DNA of 64,000 nucleotides from Octopus sinensis (lineage: Eukaryota). The translations under genes were made by a program, and so were the position numbers. The notes beneath the pieces were generated by a model that made no database searches, was not told the origin of the DNA, and worked only from the letters and a program-made list of their open reading frames with translations. Of this stretch, positions 49,805-61,973 are shown one piece after another. Location of the stretch: the NCBI RefSeq assembly GCF_006345805.1, contig NC_042997.1, positions 211,916,001 through 211,980,000 on the forward strand, read 5' to 3'. Within the stretch, counting starts at the first letter, position 1. Each line of letters opens with the position of its first letter.

Positions 49805-49975
49805 CTGTGAAACATTCTTGCTGAAAGTAAGCAGAAGACATGGCAGATGTAAAGTTAAGGATATTGACAAGAAAATAACTTTAAAAATAGTTCTGTGCAA
49901 ATTTAAAGAAAATATTTCAATAAAACATTCTGAAGAGAAGTATTTGATTATTAAGATGCCATACAAACGATACAT
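49805..49975 (-). CDS. Tentative first coding exon of the astacin-MAM gene (hydrophobic leader)
   Basis: ATG at 49975, 57 open codons with IFKVIFLSISLTLHLPCLLLTF, and a strong phase-0 donor CAG|gtatgt compatible with the pro-domain exon. AT-rich DNA can mimic this. Confidence 0.25.
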
Positions 49976-50285
49976 TAAGATGTCTTTACCATAAGCTATA
50001 TGTAATTTTCTTAGCCTTCTCTAAGACTTCATGAAAAACAAAATGGAAACCAACAACTTCAATTATTAACACATGTACATGCACACATACACACATAAAT
50101 ATATACATACATGTATGTGTGTGTAAATAAATAGGTAGAATGTCCTGAAAAATGTCTACACACTCTAACAGCTGTTAACTCATGTAATTTTCATTTGTTT
50201 TTGCATTTAACCCTGTTAATGCCAACCCATTTATGACCATCCTGATTCTATGATATGAATTTCTTCCTTTAGAGTCATATAACTC

Positions 50286-50566
50286 ACTAGCAGTATCGCC
50301 TGGCGTTGCTCGGGTTTGTAAGGGAAATAACTATATAGGTATTTTTAGAGAGTTTAGCCAAAAAATAACAAAAAATGCATTAAAAATGGAAAAAAAATGA
50401 TGGTAAATCTTTTTTTAAATCGTAGACTCATCGTAGATGCGCGCTAATACCCAGAAGGGCTCGATATGAATCACGACTATAAGATACCCGGTTTTGGTTA
50501 AACTGCACCGCAAAATGTGGGAGTAGTTAGGAATCTAAATCGTAGGAGACAGACACACAACTTGAC
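50286..50566 (+). mobile_element. Helentron/HINE-like non-autonomous element, 3'-truncated
   Basis: ACTAGCAGTATCGCCTGGCGTTGCTCGGG 5' signature; ends in ACAGACACACAACT. Confidence 0.5.
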
Positions 50567-50567
50567 G

Positions 50568-50774
50568 CAGCAAATGATTTTAGCTCAATAGAGGCGATTG
50601 ATTGGTTAAAATTCGAAAAATTAAACTACGTTAAACTTACAAATTACAATTTTCTCAAGAAAGCGAAGAGAAAAAAATGTTTTATTTTGACACATTCTAC
50701 CAGTATACGAAGTTTAAAAGTGTTTAGTTAACTAGAAATTGTGTTGAAAACTGCCGTTCAAAAGGAAAAGATCC
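50568..50774. mobile_element. Single arm of the GGATCTTTTC fold-back MITE
   Basis: Matches the right arm of 44039-44484; ends AAAGGAAAAGATCC. Confidence 0.8.
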
Positions 50775-51125
50775 TAAAATTCTCCATGTCACCTTGAAAG
50801 GTCGGGTTTTGTTTTCTTTTAATTCCCAGACACATTTCGCCAGGCTGGTCTTTGTACTATTTTCGAGGTATCAGAAGGAATTTCTATGAGAATAAAATCG
50901 TGTTTTGAGAGAATTTTCAGAAGCTCCTGTATAAGTTCTGTACTCGTGTGAGCCTTCTATCTGCACCTTGGCTCTATACATGATTCCTTTCTCCAGGCAT
51001 TTTCCTTCCAATGGACAGCACTATGATTTTTGCAATTACTTTATTGTTGTGTTGGTTAATGGAAGAGACAAAGTTTTTGCAGCAAGAATAGCTAATCTTA
51101 ACCGTTCTTCTATTAAATATTCTAT
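50775..51125 (-). mobile_element. Penelope-like element remnant: linker plus GIY-YIG endonuclease
   Basis: TVKISYSCCKN..NQHNNKV, then after a frameshift CPLEGKCLEKGIMYRAKV..YTGASENSLKTRFYSHRNSF*..SLAKCVWELKE..FKVTWRIL. Confidence 0.82.
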
Positions 51126-51272
51126 AAAAATAGGTTGTATATGTGTATATATATGTATGTATATATATGTATGTAACGGGAAGGTTTACGAAAATAAACA
51201 AAAGACGAAGGCAGGTGGAGTACAAACAAACAAATGTATTAGTATGGCGCTCAGGAATAGAAATAAAACAAG

Positions 51273-51310
51273 TCTTTTACGTTTCGAGCCTACGCTCTTC
51301 AACAGAAAGA
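51273..51310 (-). ncRNA. Minimal type I hammerhead ribozyme-like motif (core variant)
   Basis: TCTTT-CTGTTGA-A-GAGC(GTAG)GCTC-GAAA-CGT-A-AAAGA: 5-bp stem I, 4-bp stem II and palindromic ACGT stem III; A6 of CUGAUGA is U. Confidence 0.55.
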
Positions 51311-51454
51311 TACACAGAAAAAAACAAGGAGAGAAACAAGAAGAGAAAAAAAATGCATGTAGGAGCTAATGATCTATCATGGCATCCTGACTTCAGGCAG
51401 AAGTCAGAAGTCAGAGGTCAGACGTTAGATGCTAGAGGGATAGTAGGGGAGATA

Positions 51455-52140
51455 ACATGTATGTATGTGTATATATATATATATATATGTATGTGTATAT
51501 GTATGTATATATATGTATGTGTATATGTATGTGTATATGTATGTGTATATGTATATATATATATATGTATGTGTATATATATATATATATATGTATGTAT
51601 GTGTATATGTATGTATGTGTATATATATATATGTATGTATGTGTATATGTATGTATGTGTATATATATATATGTATGTATGTGTATATGTATGTATGTGT
51701 ATATATATATGTATGTATGTGTATATATATATATGTATGTGTATATGTATGTATATGTATGTATGTGTATATGTATGTGTATATGTATGTGTGTATATAT
51801 ATATGTATGTATATGTGTATATATATGTGTATATATGTATGTATATGTGTATATATATATGTATATATATATAACTTAGATAAAACTTAGATATGTTTCG
51901 ACCAAAGATTGGTACAGGCCATGTCTAACTTAATAGCACCACCTGATTGTATGTATATATATATATATATATATGTGTATGTGTATAATATATGTATGTG
52001 TATGTATGTATGTATGTACGTGTGTGTATAATATATGTTTGTATGTATGTGTATATATGTATATATATATGTATGTGTGTATATATATATGTGTGTGTGT
52101 GTATATATATATCTATATGTATATGCATACATATGTGAGT
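51455..52140. repeat. Compound (TA)/(TATG)/(TG) microsatellites
   Basis: Read directly. Confidence 0.93.
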
Positions 52141-52977
52141 ATGAGAAAAATCTTAGGAATTATGAAATTGTTTCGTTTTCTGAATCCTGGCAAGTGAATG
52201 TTTGTGACTTTAAATGAGAAAATATGTAAAAGAATAAAAATAATACTGGAATGGTAAGAAGCGGTCAGCATAGCATATAAGATGGAAAAAGTAAAAGATT
52301 TACCACATAACCATGAGGAATTGCCAAAGTACATCTCCAAAGACAAACCATTAAGCAGAGAGTCGATCCAATCATATTCAATTTCTAGATATTTGTAAAC
52401 GAAATGCTGGCTGTGTGTTGTGTTTGTAATTACATTAAAGAATCGAGAAGAAATCAGTGAACAACTTGAAACGCAGGGAATATTGAAAGAAACAAACTTC
52501 AACAAGAATTTTTTCAGAATTTATATCTAACAACAAAAACAATATTTTTCTTATCTGGATTTTATTTCATGTCACTTCATGAAGAAGAGATTTATATTTT
52601 ATTTATTTTCATCATGAAAATCCTACTTTATTTCTCCCCCACCGCTCCCCTTACCATTTCTTCTTTCTTATTTCTTTTACAACCCAGCTTAAGCTAAGAA
52701 CATTAACTTTATCCATTGTCTAATTTAATAGAAAATTAATATTTCTGGGTGACTTGTTTGTACACATTTTTGCCTTCAATATTTTTATTGTTTTTCTTAG
52801 CATTTTTACATCAGGCGTGGCTGTGTGGTAAGTAGTTTGCTTCCCAACCACATGGTTTCGGGTTCAGTCCCATGACGTGGCACTTTGGGCAAGTGTCTTC
52901 TACTATAGCCTTGGGCCGACCAAAGTCTTGTAAGTGGATTTGGTAGACAGAAACTGAAAGAAGCCTGTTGTATATAT

Positions 52978-53389
52978 ATCTATAATATAAATTTGACATG
53001 GGCGATTGTTGTATTCTTTCTTTGTCTTGAGGTTCACAACCAAACAGCTGGGTGGATTCACGTGAAAAATGGCACATCTGTGGAGACAGGTGCATAGATT
53101 GGAATTCAGTTTGTATTTTTTTCCTAACCCCTCATACTTAGCGAGAAAATCGATTAAAACTTTCTGATGGAATTCCCCTCTTTCTTCTGCCATTAAAACA
53201 ACCAGTTGCTTAGAAGCTGTTTTCTGACGGGGTGGGGTCAGGAAATTTTCATATAGCTGGAGGCTCCAATCGAAACAGGGGACCCGAAATGATAAGGTTG
53301 ACAAACGCTGTTATAGATTATGCCTAACCGAAAACGATCACAGCCACATCATCCAAACAGACCGGGTGAAACCGGGCTTAGCTGCTAGT
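52978..53389 (-). mobile_element. Helentron/HINE-like element in TA-rich flanks
   Basis: 5' ACTAGCAGCTAAGCCCGGTTTCACCCGG and 3' TTTATATTATAGAT. Confidence 0.5.
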
Positions 53390-54299
53390 ATATATATATA
53401 TACACAGTATTTATATTTCCCCGTGTATTGTGTTGACAAAAGAAGAAAGCTTATTTTCGGCTTTAATCCAGAAATTGGAACCAATTCACAATTAATGTGA
53501 GGTCTTTTTAATTTTCTCTCACTAGCCTGCTTTCACCCATGTCTATATTTATCTGGAGTTTTTGGTAGTCTTTTGAAGGTATTGGCACTTCAAGCCTGTT
53601 GGAGACAGGTCGTTTTCATCCTAGCTTCTTTGATATAATTATATATATATGTACATTATTATTATTATTATTATTATTAATTTAACGTATTAATTGCCTA
53701 TAAATTTTTATAGCATGCTGATTACTTGATAAAAATCATTAACGTGATTTTTATCCTTATATTCTATTACAAATTAATAAATAAAATAAATAAATATATA
53801 CATGTATGTATTTGTGCGTCTGTTTGAAGCTCCCACCATCACTTGACAACTAATGTAGGTGTATTTACATCCCTGTAACCTAGTTGTTTGGCATTTGTAA
53901 GCCATTAGGCTTACAAAGAATAAATTCTAGGGTCAGTTTGTTCGACTAAAGGCATTGCTCCAACATAGCTACAGTCATATGACTGAAACAAATAAAAGAA
54001 TTCCTGGCTCTGACTAGTGGGCTGTGGCCATTCTGGAGCATGCTGTCATTTAGTATCTATCATTTAATGAGTATGTATATATGCTTGAGTTACAAATGGG
54101 AGGAAAAGTATTCAATACATTTTGTAAAATCTTTTAGATGAAGGTCATTCACAGACATTCCAATGGACCCAGGGCAGAAAAAGCTTTTTCACTGTTCATC
54201 TAAGGGGAGGCAACTCCATGGAAATCCTACACCCCGGTAACTGTTGGGCGATCCAGAGCAATAGGAATTTGAAGAATGAGAGAATGGGACTGGCTCCAC

Positions 54300-54745
54300 T
54301 CATCATTATCATCAGCATCGTTTAACGTCCGCTTTCCATGCTGGCATGGGATGGACGATTTTGACTGAGGGCTTGCGAGCCAGATGGCTGCACCACGCTC
54401 CAATCTTTATCTGGCAGAGTTTCTTCAGCTGGATGCTCTTCCTAACGCCAACCACTCCTAGAGTGTAGTGGGTACTTTTTACGTGCCACCGGCATAGGGG
54501 CCAGTCAGGCGGTACTGGCAATGACCTCGCTCGAATCTTTTTACACATGTCACTAGCACAGGTGCCAGTAAGGAGATGTTGATAACGATCACACTCAAAT
54601 GGTGCCCTTTTACGTGCCACAGGCATGGAAGCCAGTTGGCTGCTCTGGCAACGATCACGCTCGGATGGTGCTCTTGGCACCCCACTAGCACAGGCACAAG
54701 TGCCAGTAAGGCGACGCTGGTAACGATCACGCTCGAATGGTGCAC
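54300..54745 (-). mobile_element. RTE 3' UTR fragment
   Basis: Reverse-complement tail and modules. Confidence 0.78.
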
Positions 54746-54989
54746 TCAAACCATGTGAATCACTGGAATAACAATAATGAACTCCTGCTGCTTTGTGGAG
54801 TAACTTTTTGGGTGTTTAAAAATGGAGAAAAGGATGAACCCCTACGGAAAATCCTGAAGGAAGGATCATGAAGAAATTATACTTAACCAAAATCTGGCAT
54901 CCTCTGCAGTGTCATAGATTCGGTGAACATGTAGACATATCTTTCTTTTGTGGTGTATCCATGAATGTGGAGGTGGTATGCATTCTTGA

Positions 54990-55218
54990 TAAGGCGGCGA
55001 GCTGGCAGAAACATTAGCACGCCGGGCGAAATGTGTAGCCGTATTTCGTCTGTCGTTACGTTCTGAGTTCAAATTCCGCCGAGGTCGATTCTGCCTTTCG
55101 GGGTTGATTAAATAAGTACCAGTTACGCACTGGGGTCAATATAATCGACTTAATCCGTTTGACTGTCCTTGTTTGTCCCCTCTGTGTTTAGCCCCTTGTG
55201 GGTAGTAAAGAAATAGGT
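54990..55218 (+). mobile_element. tRNA-type SINE, family A, well preserved
   Basis: AAGGCGGCGAGCTGGCAGAAACATTAGC..GAGTTCAAATTCCGCC..GTAAAGAAATAGG. Confidence 0.88.
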
Positions 55219-55824
55219 ATGCTGGAAACGGTCCAGCCACAGCAGAACTGCTTCAATTACTGTCAACCAGATGTTGAAGATTCAGTCAGTTTACTACTCA
55301 GAGTTTCTGAATAGTCAGGTGACAGGGAATGGAAGGACTTGATGTCCAGTCAAACTGTCCAACCCATGCCAGCATGGAAAACAGATGTTAAACAACAATG
55401 ATGATGAAATCAATTTTATTTTGTGCTCTGTGGTGCCTGTGACTACTCTTTCTTGGATATGTATTTGAGGGTGTCTTTGGAATTCTTTTTGAAGTTCCTG
55501 TTGTATTGTTCAATTGAACAGAACCAAAGGTTTCAGATTGTTTAAAGTTAGTCTTTGAAGGAATATTCTGTGCACAGTAGTAGTCTTTTGATGGCATCGA
55601 ACAAACGTTTTCTCGCTTCTGTTATTTTAGCAATATGGCTGTTGATCATTTCAACATTGTTTTGTTTTCTTTAGATTAAAAATCACTTTGAGAAATGAAG
55701 AGGCTTTTGGTTTGTTTCATGTCGTAAAACACACTGAAGCAGATGATGTTTCTCCATCTAGAAATATTGGAATGGTTGCCGTTTAGGAATTTATTCCAGC
55801 TTTTCATTTTGATGATCACAGGTT

Positions 55825-56325
55825 TGTGATGATGATGATGATCATCATCATCATTGTTTAATATCTGCTTTCCATGCTGGCATGGGTTGGATGGTTTAAC
55901 TGGGGTCTGGCGAACCAGAAGGCTGCACCAGGCTCCAATCTGATCTGGCACTGTTTCTATAGCTGGATGCCCTTCCTAACGCCAACCATTCCGAGTGTGT
56001 AGTGGGTGCTTTTATGTGCCACCGGCATGAGAGCCAGTCAAGTGGTACTGGCAATGGCCACATTCAAATGGTGTTTTTTACGTGCCACCAGCACAGGAGC
56101 CAGTCCAGTGGCACTGACAACGACCTCACTCAAATGTTTTTTCACGTGCCACCAGCACAAGTGCCAGTGAGGCGACGCTGGTAATGATCATGCTTGAATG
56201 GTGCATTTTACATACTGCCAGCACGGAAACCAGTCACCTGCTCTGGCAGCATTCACACTCAGATGGTGCTCTTAGCGCCCCACTAGCACGGATGCCAGTT
56301 ATTGAATTTGATTTCGATTTCACAT
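55825..56325 (-). mobile_element. RTE 3' UTR fragment
   Basis: Reverse-complement tail and about 4 modules. Confidence 0.78.
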
Positions 56326-56846
56326 AATAGAAACATGCTATTTTTTCAAAGATAACCTAATCCAGTATTTCCCCTCTTGTAGAAAGCCTAAGTGAAAGAT
56401 ACGTTCATTGTCTCAACTCTTGGTAATCCCTGTAGAGTTGGTGTCATCTATGAATGGAATAAAACTAAGCAGAAAAGTATTTATCATAACTCAACTACAA
56501 GGGACTTCTCTAAGTTTTACATTACTGCAGTACTTAAAGAACTTCCGTATTAAGAATTAGGCTCTTCCCCCACCTTTACTAGCTATAGATCATAAAACAA
56601 TAAGTTCTCTTTTTCACCAATTATAAATTATGGAAAAAACCCCCCCAGAAAAATGTATGCTGGCGTCCTGATTCTAAATACATAATGATATCTAGAATAG
56701 CCTTTGACTTTTAGATAAGGTTTTTGAGTTAGAAAAAGAAAGAATTCCTATTAAAATGGATTGTAGCAGAAATGGTGCCTGGAAGGACATGGTTCCGAAG
56801 TTGGGAGTGTTCCTTGTCTGCTAGTTGTAATTTGGTAATGAACAGT

Positions 56847-57236
56847 TAGGCGCAGGAGTGGCTGTGTGGTAAGTAGCTTGTTTACCAACCATATGGTCCC
56901 GGGTTCAGTCCCACTGCGTGGCACCTTGGGCAAGTGTCTTCTACTATAGCCTCGGGCTATTTGGTAGACGGAAACTGAAAGAAGCCTGTCGTATATATGT
57001 ATATATATATATGTATGTGTGTGTATGTGTTTGTGTATCTGTGTTTGTCTCCCTAGCATTGCTTGACAACCGATGCTGGTGTGTTTACATCCCCGTAACT
57101 TAGCGGTTCGGCAAAAGAGACAGATAGAATAAGTATTGGGCTTACAAAGAATAAGTCCCGGGGTCGATTTGCTCGACTAAAGGTGGTGCTCCAGCATGGC
57201 CGCAGTCAAATGACTGAAACAAGTAAAAGAGTAAAG
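56847..57236 (+). mobile_element. SINE family B
   Basis: Head TAGGCGCAGGAGTGGCTGTGTGG to tail AAAAGAGTAAAG; small internal deletion. Confidence 0.9.
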
Positions 57237-57537
57237 TTAATGTTGTTTAAACTCTATGATGTTTTTTTAAAGTAACTCTTATTTAAAATATTTGATTTTA
57301 AACTGTTGTGTCTGTCAAGTTAAGAGCTGGAATAGGGAAAGCTATCGACTAGGAACAATGTTGTGCTGTCCAGAAAACATCTGCTGCTCGGATTTCACCG
57401 GGATGTTGTTAGGACAAAGATTTGTCATGTACTTTAATGGTTCTTATGTATTTTAGTTTACCAAAATATGCCTTTTGGATAAGATGTACACATGAATTGT
57501 ACAAAAGATAAATCAATATTTTCTCAATAATGTTTCT

Positions 57538-57970
57538 CTTTACTCTTTTTTTTACTCTTTTTTACTCTTTTTACTTGTTTCAGTCATTTGACTGCGGCCA
57601 TGCTGGAGCACCGCCTTTAGTCGAGCAAATCGACCCCGGGACTTATTCTTTGTAAGCCCAGTACTTATTCTAGCGGTCTCTTTTGCCGAACCGCTAAGTG
57701 ACAGGGACGTAAACACACCAGCATCGGTTGTCAAGCAATGCTAGGGGAACAAACACAGACACACAAACATATTCACACACACTTATATATATATATACAT
57801 ATATACGACAGGCTTCTTTCAGTTTCCGTCTACCAAATCCACTCACAAGGCATTGGTCGGCCCGGGGCTATAGCAGAAGACACTTGCCCAAGATGCCATG
57901 CAGTGGGACTGAACCCGGAACCATGTGGTTGGTTAGCAAGCTACTTACCAAACAGCCACTCCTGCGCCTA
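57538..57970 (-). mobile_element. SINE family B
   Basis: Inverted near-copy of 56847-57236. Confidence 0.9.
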
Positions 57971-58321
57971 TTTTCTGATATTTTTTCAGAAAATATCAGT
58001 TTCTGATATTTTTTCTGTTAAATAATTTGGTCAGTGGTAGAGGAAAATACGACAGAAAAACGGAAACCATTTAAGAATTTTCCTTTCGTTTTTGTTCTGC
58101 TCAGGCTTATCTCCCTTGCACCCTAACTCTGAGAACTTTAAAAAAATTTAACGAAGAAAACAAAAAAAATTTAGGAAATGAATAAAAATAAAAAGCAATT
58201 ATTTATTTACTGATTTTATTTTATTTTTCTTTTCATTTTTTTTTTTACTGCTTTTGTAAATTATATTTCTACTGAATTATCACAAATAAATTGAAATTAG
58301 TGCGTCGAAAATTTAAATTTA

Positions 58322-58670
58322 CAAGAATGGCTGTGTGGTAAAAAGTTGACTTCCCAACCACAGGGTCCAGGGTTGGCACTTAGGGAAAGTGTCTTCTACT
58401 ATACCCTTGGGCTGCTTAAAGCCTTGTGAGTGGATTTGGTAGATGGAAACTCTGTGTGTGTGTGTATGTGTGTGTGTGTCCCCTACCAACACTTAACAAC
58501 CGGTGATGGTGTGTTTACATCCCTGCAACTTGGCAGTTCAGCAAAGGAGACTGAAAAAATTGGTACTTGGCTTTAAAAAAATGAGAACTGGGTTGATTCG
58601 TTTGACTAAATGTGGTGCCCCAGCATGGCCACAGTCTTAATGACTGAAATAAAAAAATAAAAATAAAACA
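58322..58670 (+). mobile_element. Older SINE family B copy
   Basis: Degenerate head and GTGCCCCAGCATGGCCACAGTC..TGACTGAAA tail. Confidence 0.7.
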
Positions 58671-59807
58671 CTTGCACTCATCTCATTAACTCTCTTTGAT
58701 ATTTATTGGAGTCAAGGATTTCAAAGTTGGCAGAACCCTGGGAGCCTTGGTGGGTAGGGCTCGGGCAGGAGACCCTGCTGCATCTGCTTCTGCTCCCTAA
58801 CATTTCAGGACCAATAAAATAAGGTACGGTCAAAGTAAATGACTCGACCCTTGTCCCCTCAAAACTGCTGCAGCTTGGCCAAAATTAGAAACATTTATTT
58901 TGGGTTTTAAATGTTAAATAGTGAAATTTCAATAAAATAAGAATTTGGAAGAAAATTTCCAAATTTGATTTTTTAATTTTTGCCAGATTTGTTAATTAAG
59001 AAGAAAAGAAAAAAGACACGCAATAAGTTGAAGAGAGTCAACTGATGAAACTGACCTGTCTCCATTGGGATCCTTCTGTGACCATCCCAACTATTTTTCA
59101 TAAAGACTACATCAGTGAATGTGTTTTTGTTGTGATTTGAAAAGGATTTGGCTATTATTTCTGGCATTGTCAAGTAACTACATATTCTGCTACATGGCAG
59201 GCTTCTTTCAGTTTCCATCTACCAAATCCATTCACAAAACTTACATTGGCCTGGGGCTATAGTGCAAGACTCATACTCAAGGTGCCAAACAGCAGGACTG
59301 AACCAGGGCTGGCCTTACGCCAATTAGCCCGATTGCTCCCAGTCAGGCCCTTTTCCCCAGGGGGGCCCTACACTCAAGGAGGCCACATCCTATACTGTGA
59401 TATTTCATGAAGGTGGTCTCTCTGAAGCTTAAAAAAATTTACATAAAAATGCTCTTTAAAAAAAAAAAAGCAAAAACTTACTTTATACACCTTAGTGACA
59501 CAAGATACCAAAAAACAAACCCATTCATCCAAAATTGCATGGGTCAGCCTTGCTTGTATTTCTATTGTGAGGGTCAATTGTATGTATGTGTTTATGAGCA
59601 TGTTTGCATAAAATATTTGTGTGTGTGAAAGTATGTATGTGGTTGTTTAAGTGGATGGTGAATTGCATGTATGTATGTATGTGTGCGTATGTTTGTGTGA
59701 GTTGCTATAAATATACTTTGTAAATGTTTAAAATTTTGGGGAAACATTTTTATTTCAACATAGTGTATTATATATATATATATAAATTACATAATATCTA
59801 TCTATCG

Positions 59808-59854
<47 letters not shown>

Positions 59855-59856
<2 letters not shown>

Positions 59857-60450
59857 GTTCGTCATGTGTTACATATGGATGAGGACAGCTGTGTGAGGAA
59901 GTGCCACTCTCTAACTGTGCACAGAATCTGGGGAAGAGGTAGACAAGGGATGAGGTGGTGAAGCATGACCTTCGAACATTGGGCTTCACAGAGGCAATGA
60001 CAGGAGACCAAGACCTTTGGAAATACGCTGTGATTGAGAAGACCCTGTGACTAAAGTGAGATTGCAGCCATGGCTGGTGCCAGTGTTGCATGTCCAGCCC
60101 ATTTAAGAGTACCCGGGTGATATGATATGCTTGAAAAGACCTGTTAAGTCATGCGAAACCAAAATCGTAGCTGTGGCCAATGCCCCAACTGGCTCTTGTT
60201 CCAGTGGCATGTAAAAAGCACCATCCAAAGTGGTCGATGCCAGTGCCACCTGACTGGCTCCCATGCTTGTGGCACATTAAAAAGCACCCACTACATTCCT
60301 GGAGTGGTTGGTGTTAAGAGGGTCGTCCAGCTGTATAAACATTGCCAGATCCGACTGGAGCCTGGTGCAGCCTCCTGGCTCTTCAGATCTCAGTCAAACC
60401 GTCCAATCCATGCCAGCATGGGAAACAGACGTTAAACGATGATAATGAGG
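59855..60450 (+). mobile_element. RTE-LINE 3' end plus UTR
   Basis: HDLRTLGFTEAMT motif, modules and tail. Confidence 0.78.
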
Positions 60451-60834
60451 ATATATATATTAAAGAAAGCAAAAAGTATAGCAAAAATGATAAAAGCTAA
60501 ATGTGTGTGTAAAAGTATTTTGGCCACAGAAATTTCTGGCAAAGAGACATCGTTAAACACAGTTTAAAAGTTCAATTATTTTTTCACAGTGGTTTAGTTT
60601 GGTTGAGGTCTTTGTATTTGTGTGAATGTATGTCTATGCATTTTTAGTGTGTGGTAAATTGTATACATACACACGTGAGCATGTGTGTGTGTGTTAGAGT
60701 GAGAGGGAGAGAGAGAAAGATGGGGAGGTGAGATAAAATTTCTTTCTCTTTAGTTCAAAAATGAAAATCTGTTTGCAATGATACCTGTTCAGGTTTTCGG
60801 ACAAGCACAAACACACAACTACACACACACACAC

Positions 60835-60890
<56 letters not shown>

Positions 60891-61482
60891 CGCAACTACA
60901 CACACACACACGGGGCTCTAGTTGGAGACATTTGGTGTCACACAGTGGTGCTAAACCTAGAACCATATAGCTAAGAAACAGAGTTCTTGCCACACAGACT
61001 TTTTTAAATATTCTGGCAAAAACTGAGAAGAATTTAACAAATTCCCAAAGAAACTTCTACCTGTTGTATGATGCTACACTAAAAGAGATTTATATAAAAT
61101 GCAAAAGAATAATTAGAATTTTTTGGAAGCTGGTTATATATCTTTTATTTTTTATTTTTTTCTATAACCTCTGTTGTAGAAAACAGTCCTGTCTGTGTGG
61201 CAAGAAGTCTGTTTTCTACAATAGAGGTTATAGAAAAAAATAAAAAATAAAAGATATATAACCAGCTTCCAAAAAATTCTAATTATTCTTTTGCATTTTA
61301 TATAAATCTCTTTTAGTGTAACATCATACAACAGGTAGAAGTTTCTTTGGGAATTTGTTAAATTCTTCTCAGTTTTTGCCAGAATATTTAAAAAAAGTCT
61401 GTGTGGCAAGAACTCTGTTTCTTAGCTATATGGTTCTAGGTTTAGCACCACTGTGTGACACCAAATGTCTCCAACTAGAGCC

Positions 61483-61520
<38 letters not shown>

Positions 61521-61973
61521 GTGTGTGTGTGTGTGTAGTTGTGTGTTTGTGCTTGTCCGAAAACCTGAACAGGTATCATTGCAAACAGATTTTCGTTTTT
61601 GAACTAAAGACAAGAAATTTTATCTCACCTCCCCATCTTTCTCTTTCTCCCTCTCACTCTAACACACACACACATGCTCACGTGTGTATGTATACAATTT
61701 ACCACACACTAAAAATGCATACACATACAAGCATAAACATACATACACATACATTCACACAAATACAAAGACCTCAACCAAACTAAACCACTGTGAAAAA
61801 ATAATTGAACTTTTAAACTGTGTTTAACGATGTCTCTTTGCCAGAAATTTCTGTGGCCAAAATACTTTTACACACACATTTAGCTTTTATCATTTTTGCT
61901 ATACTTTTTGCTTTCTTTAATATATATATCATCATTATCATCGTTTAACGTCTGTTTCCCATGCTGGCATGGA
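60407..61973. repeat. Large inverted duplication: arms 60407-61186 and 61209-61973, 22-nt loop
   Basis: Arm-to-arm reverse complementarity followed by eye along the full length. Confidence 0.95.

Noticed and set aside
50780-50800. FQGDM on the minus strand as the astacin pro-domain FXGD motif
   Set aside because: Off-frame reading inside the Penelope GIY-YIG remnant (FKVTWRIL frame).
53300-53335. KRCYRLCLTE resembling the Penelope C-terminal CxLC motif
   Set aside because: Lies within a HINE-like element on the opposite strand, with no surrounding ORF.
54990-55090. tRNA-like A/B boxes as tRNA genes
   Set aside because: Part of multi-copy SINE heads; no complete cloverleaf.
58973-59218. Open segment MPEIIAKSF..IPMET with donor G|gtcagt
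   Set aside because: Weak acceptor, starts in a SINE remnant and has no recognisable motif.
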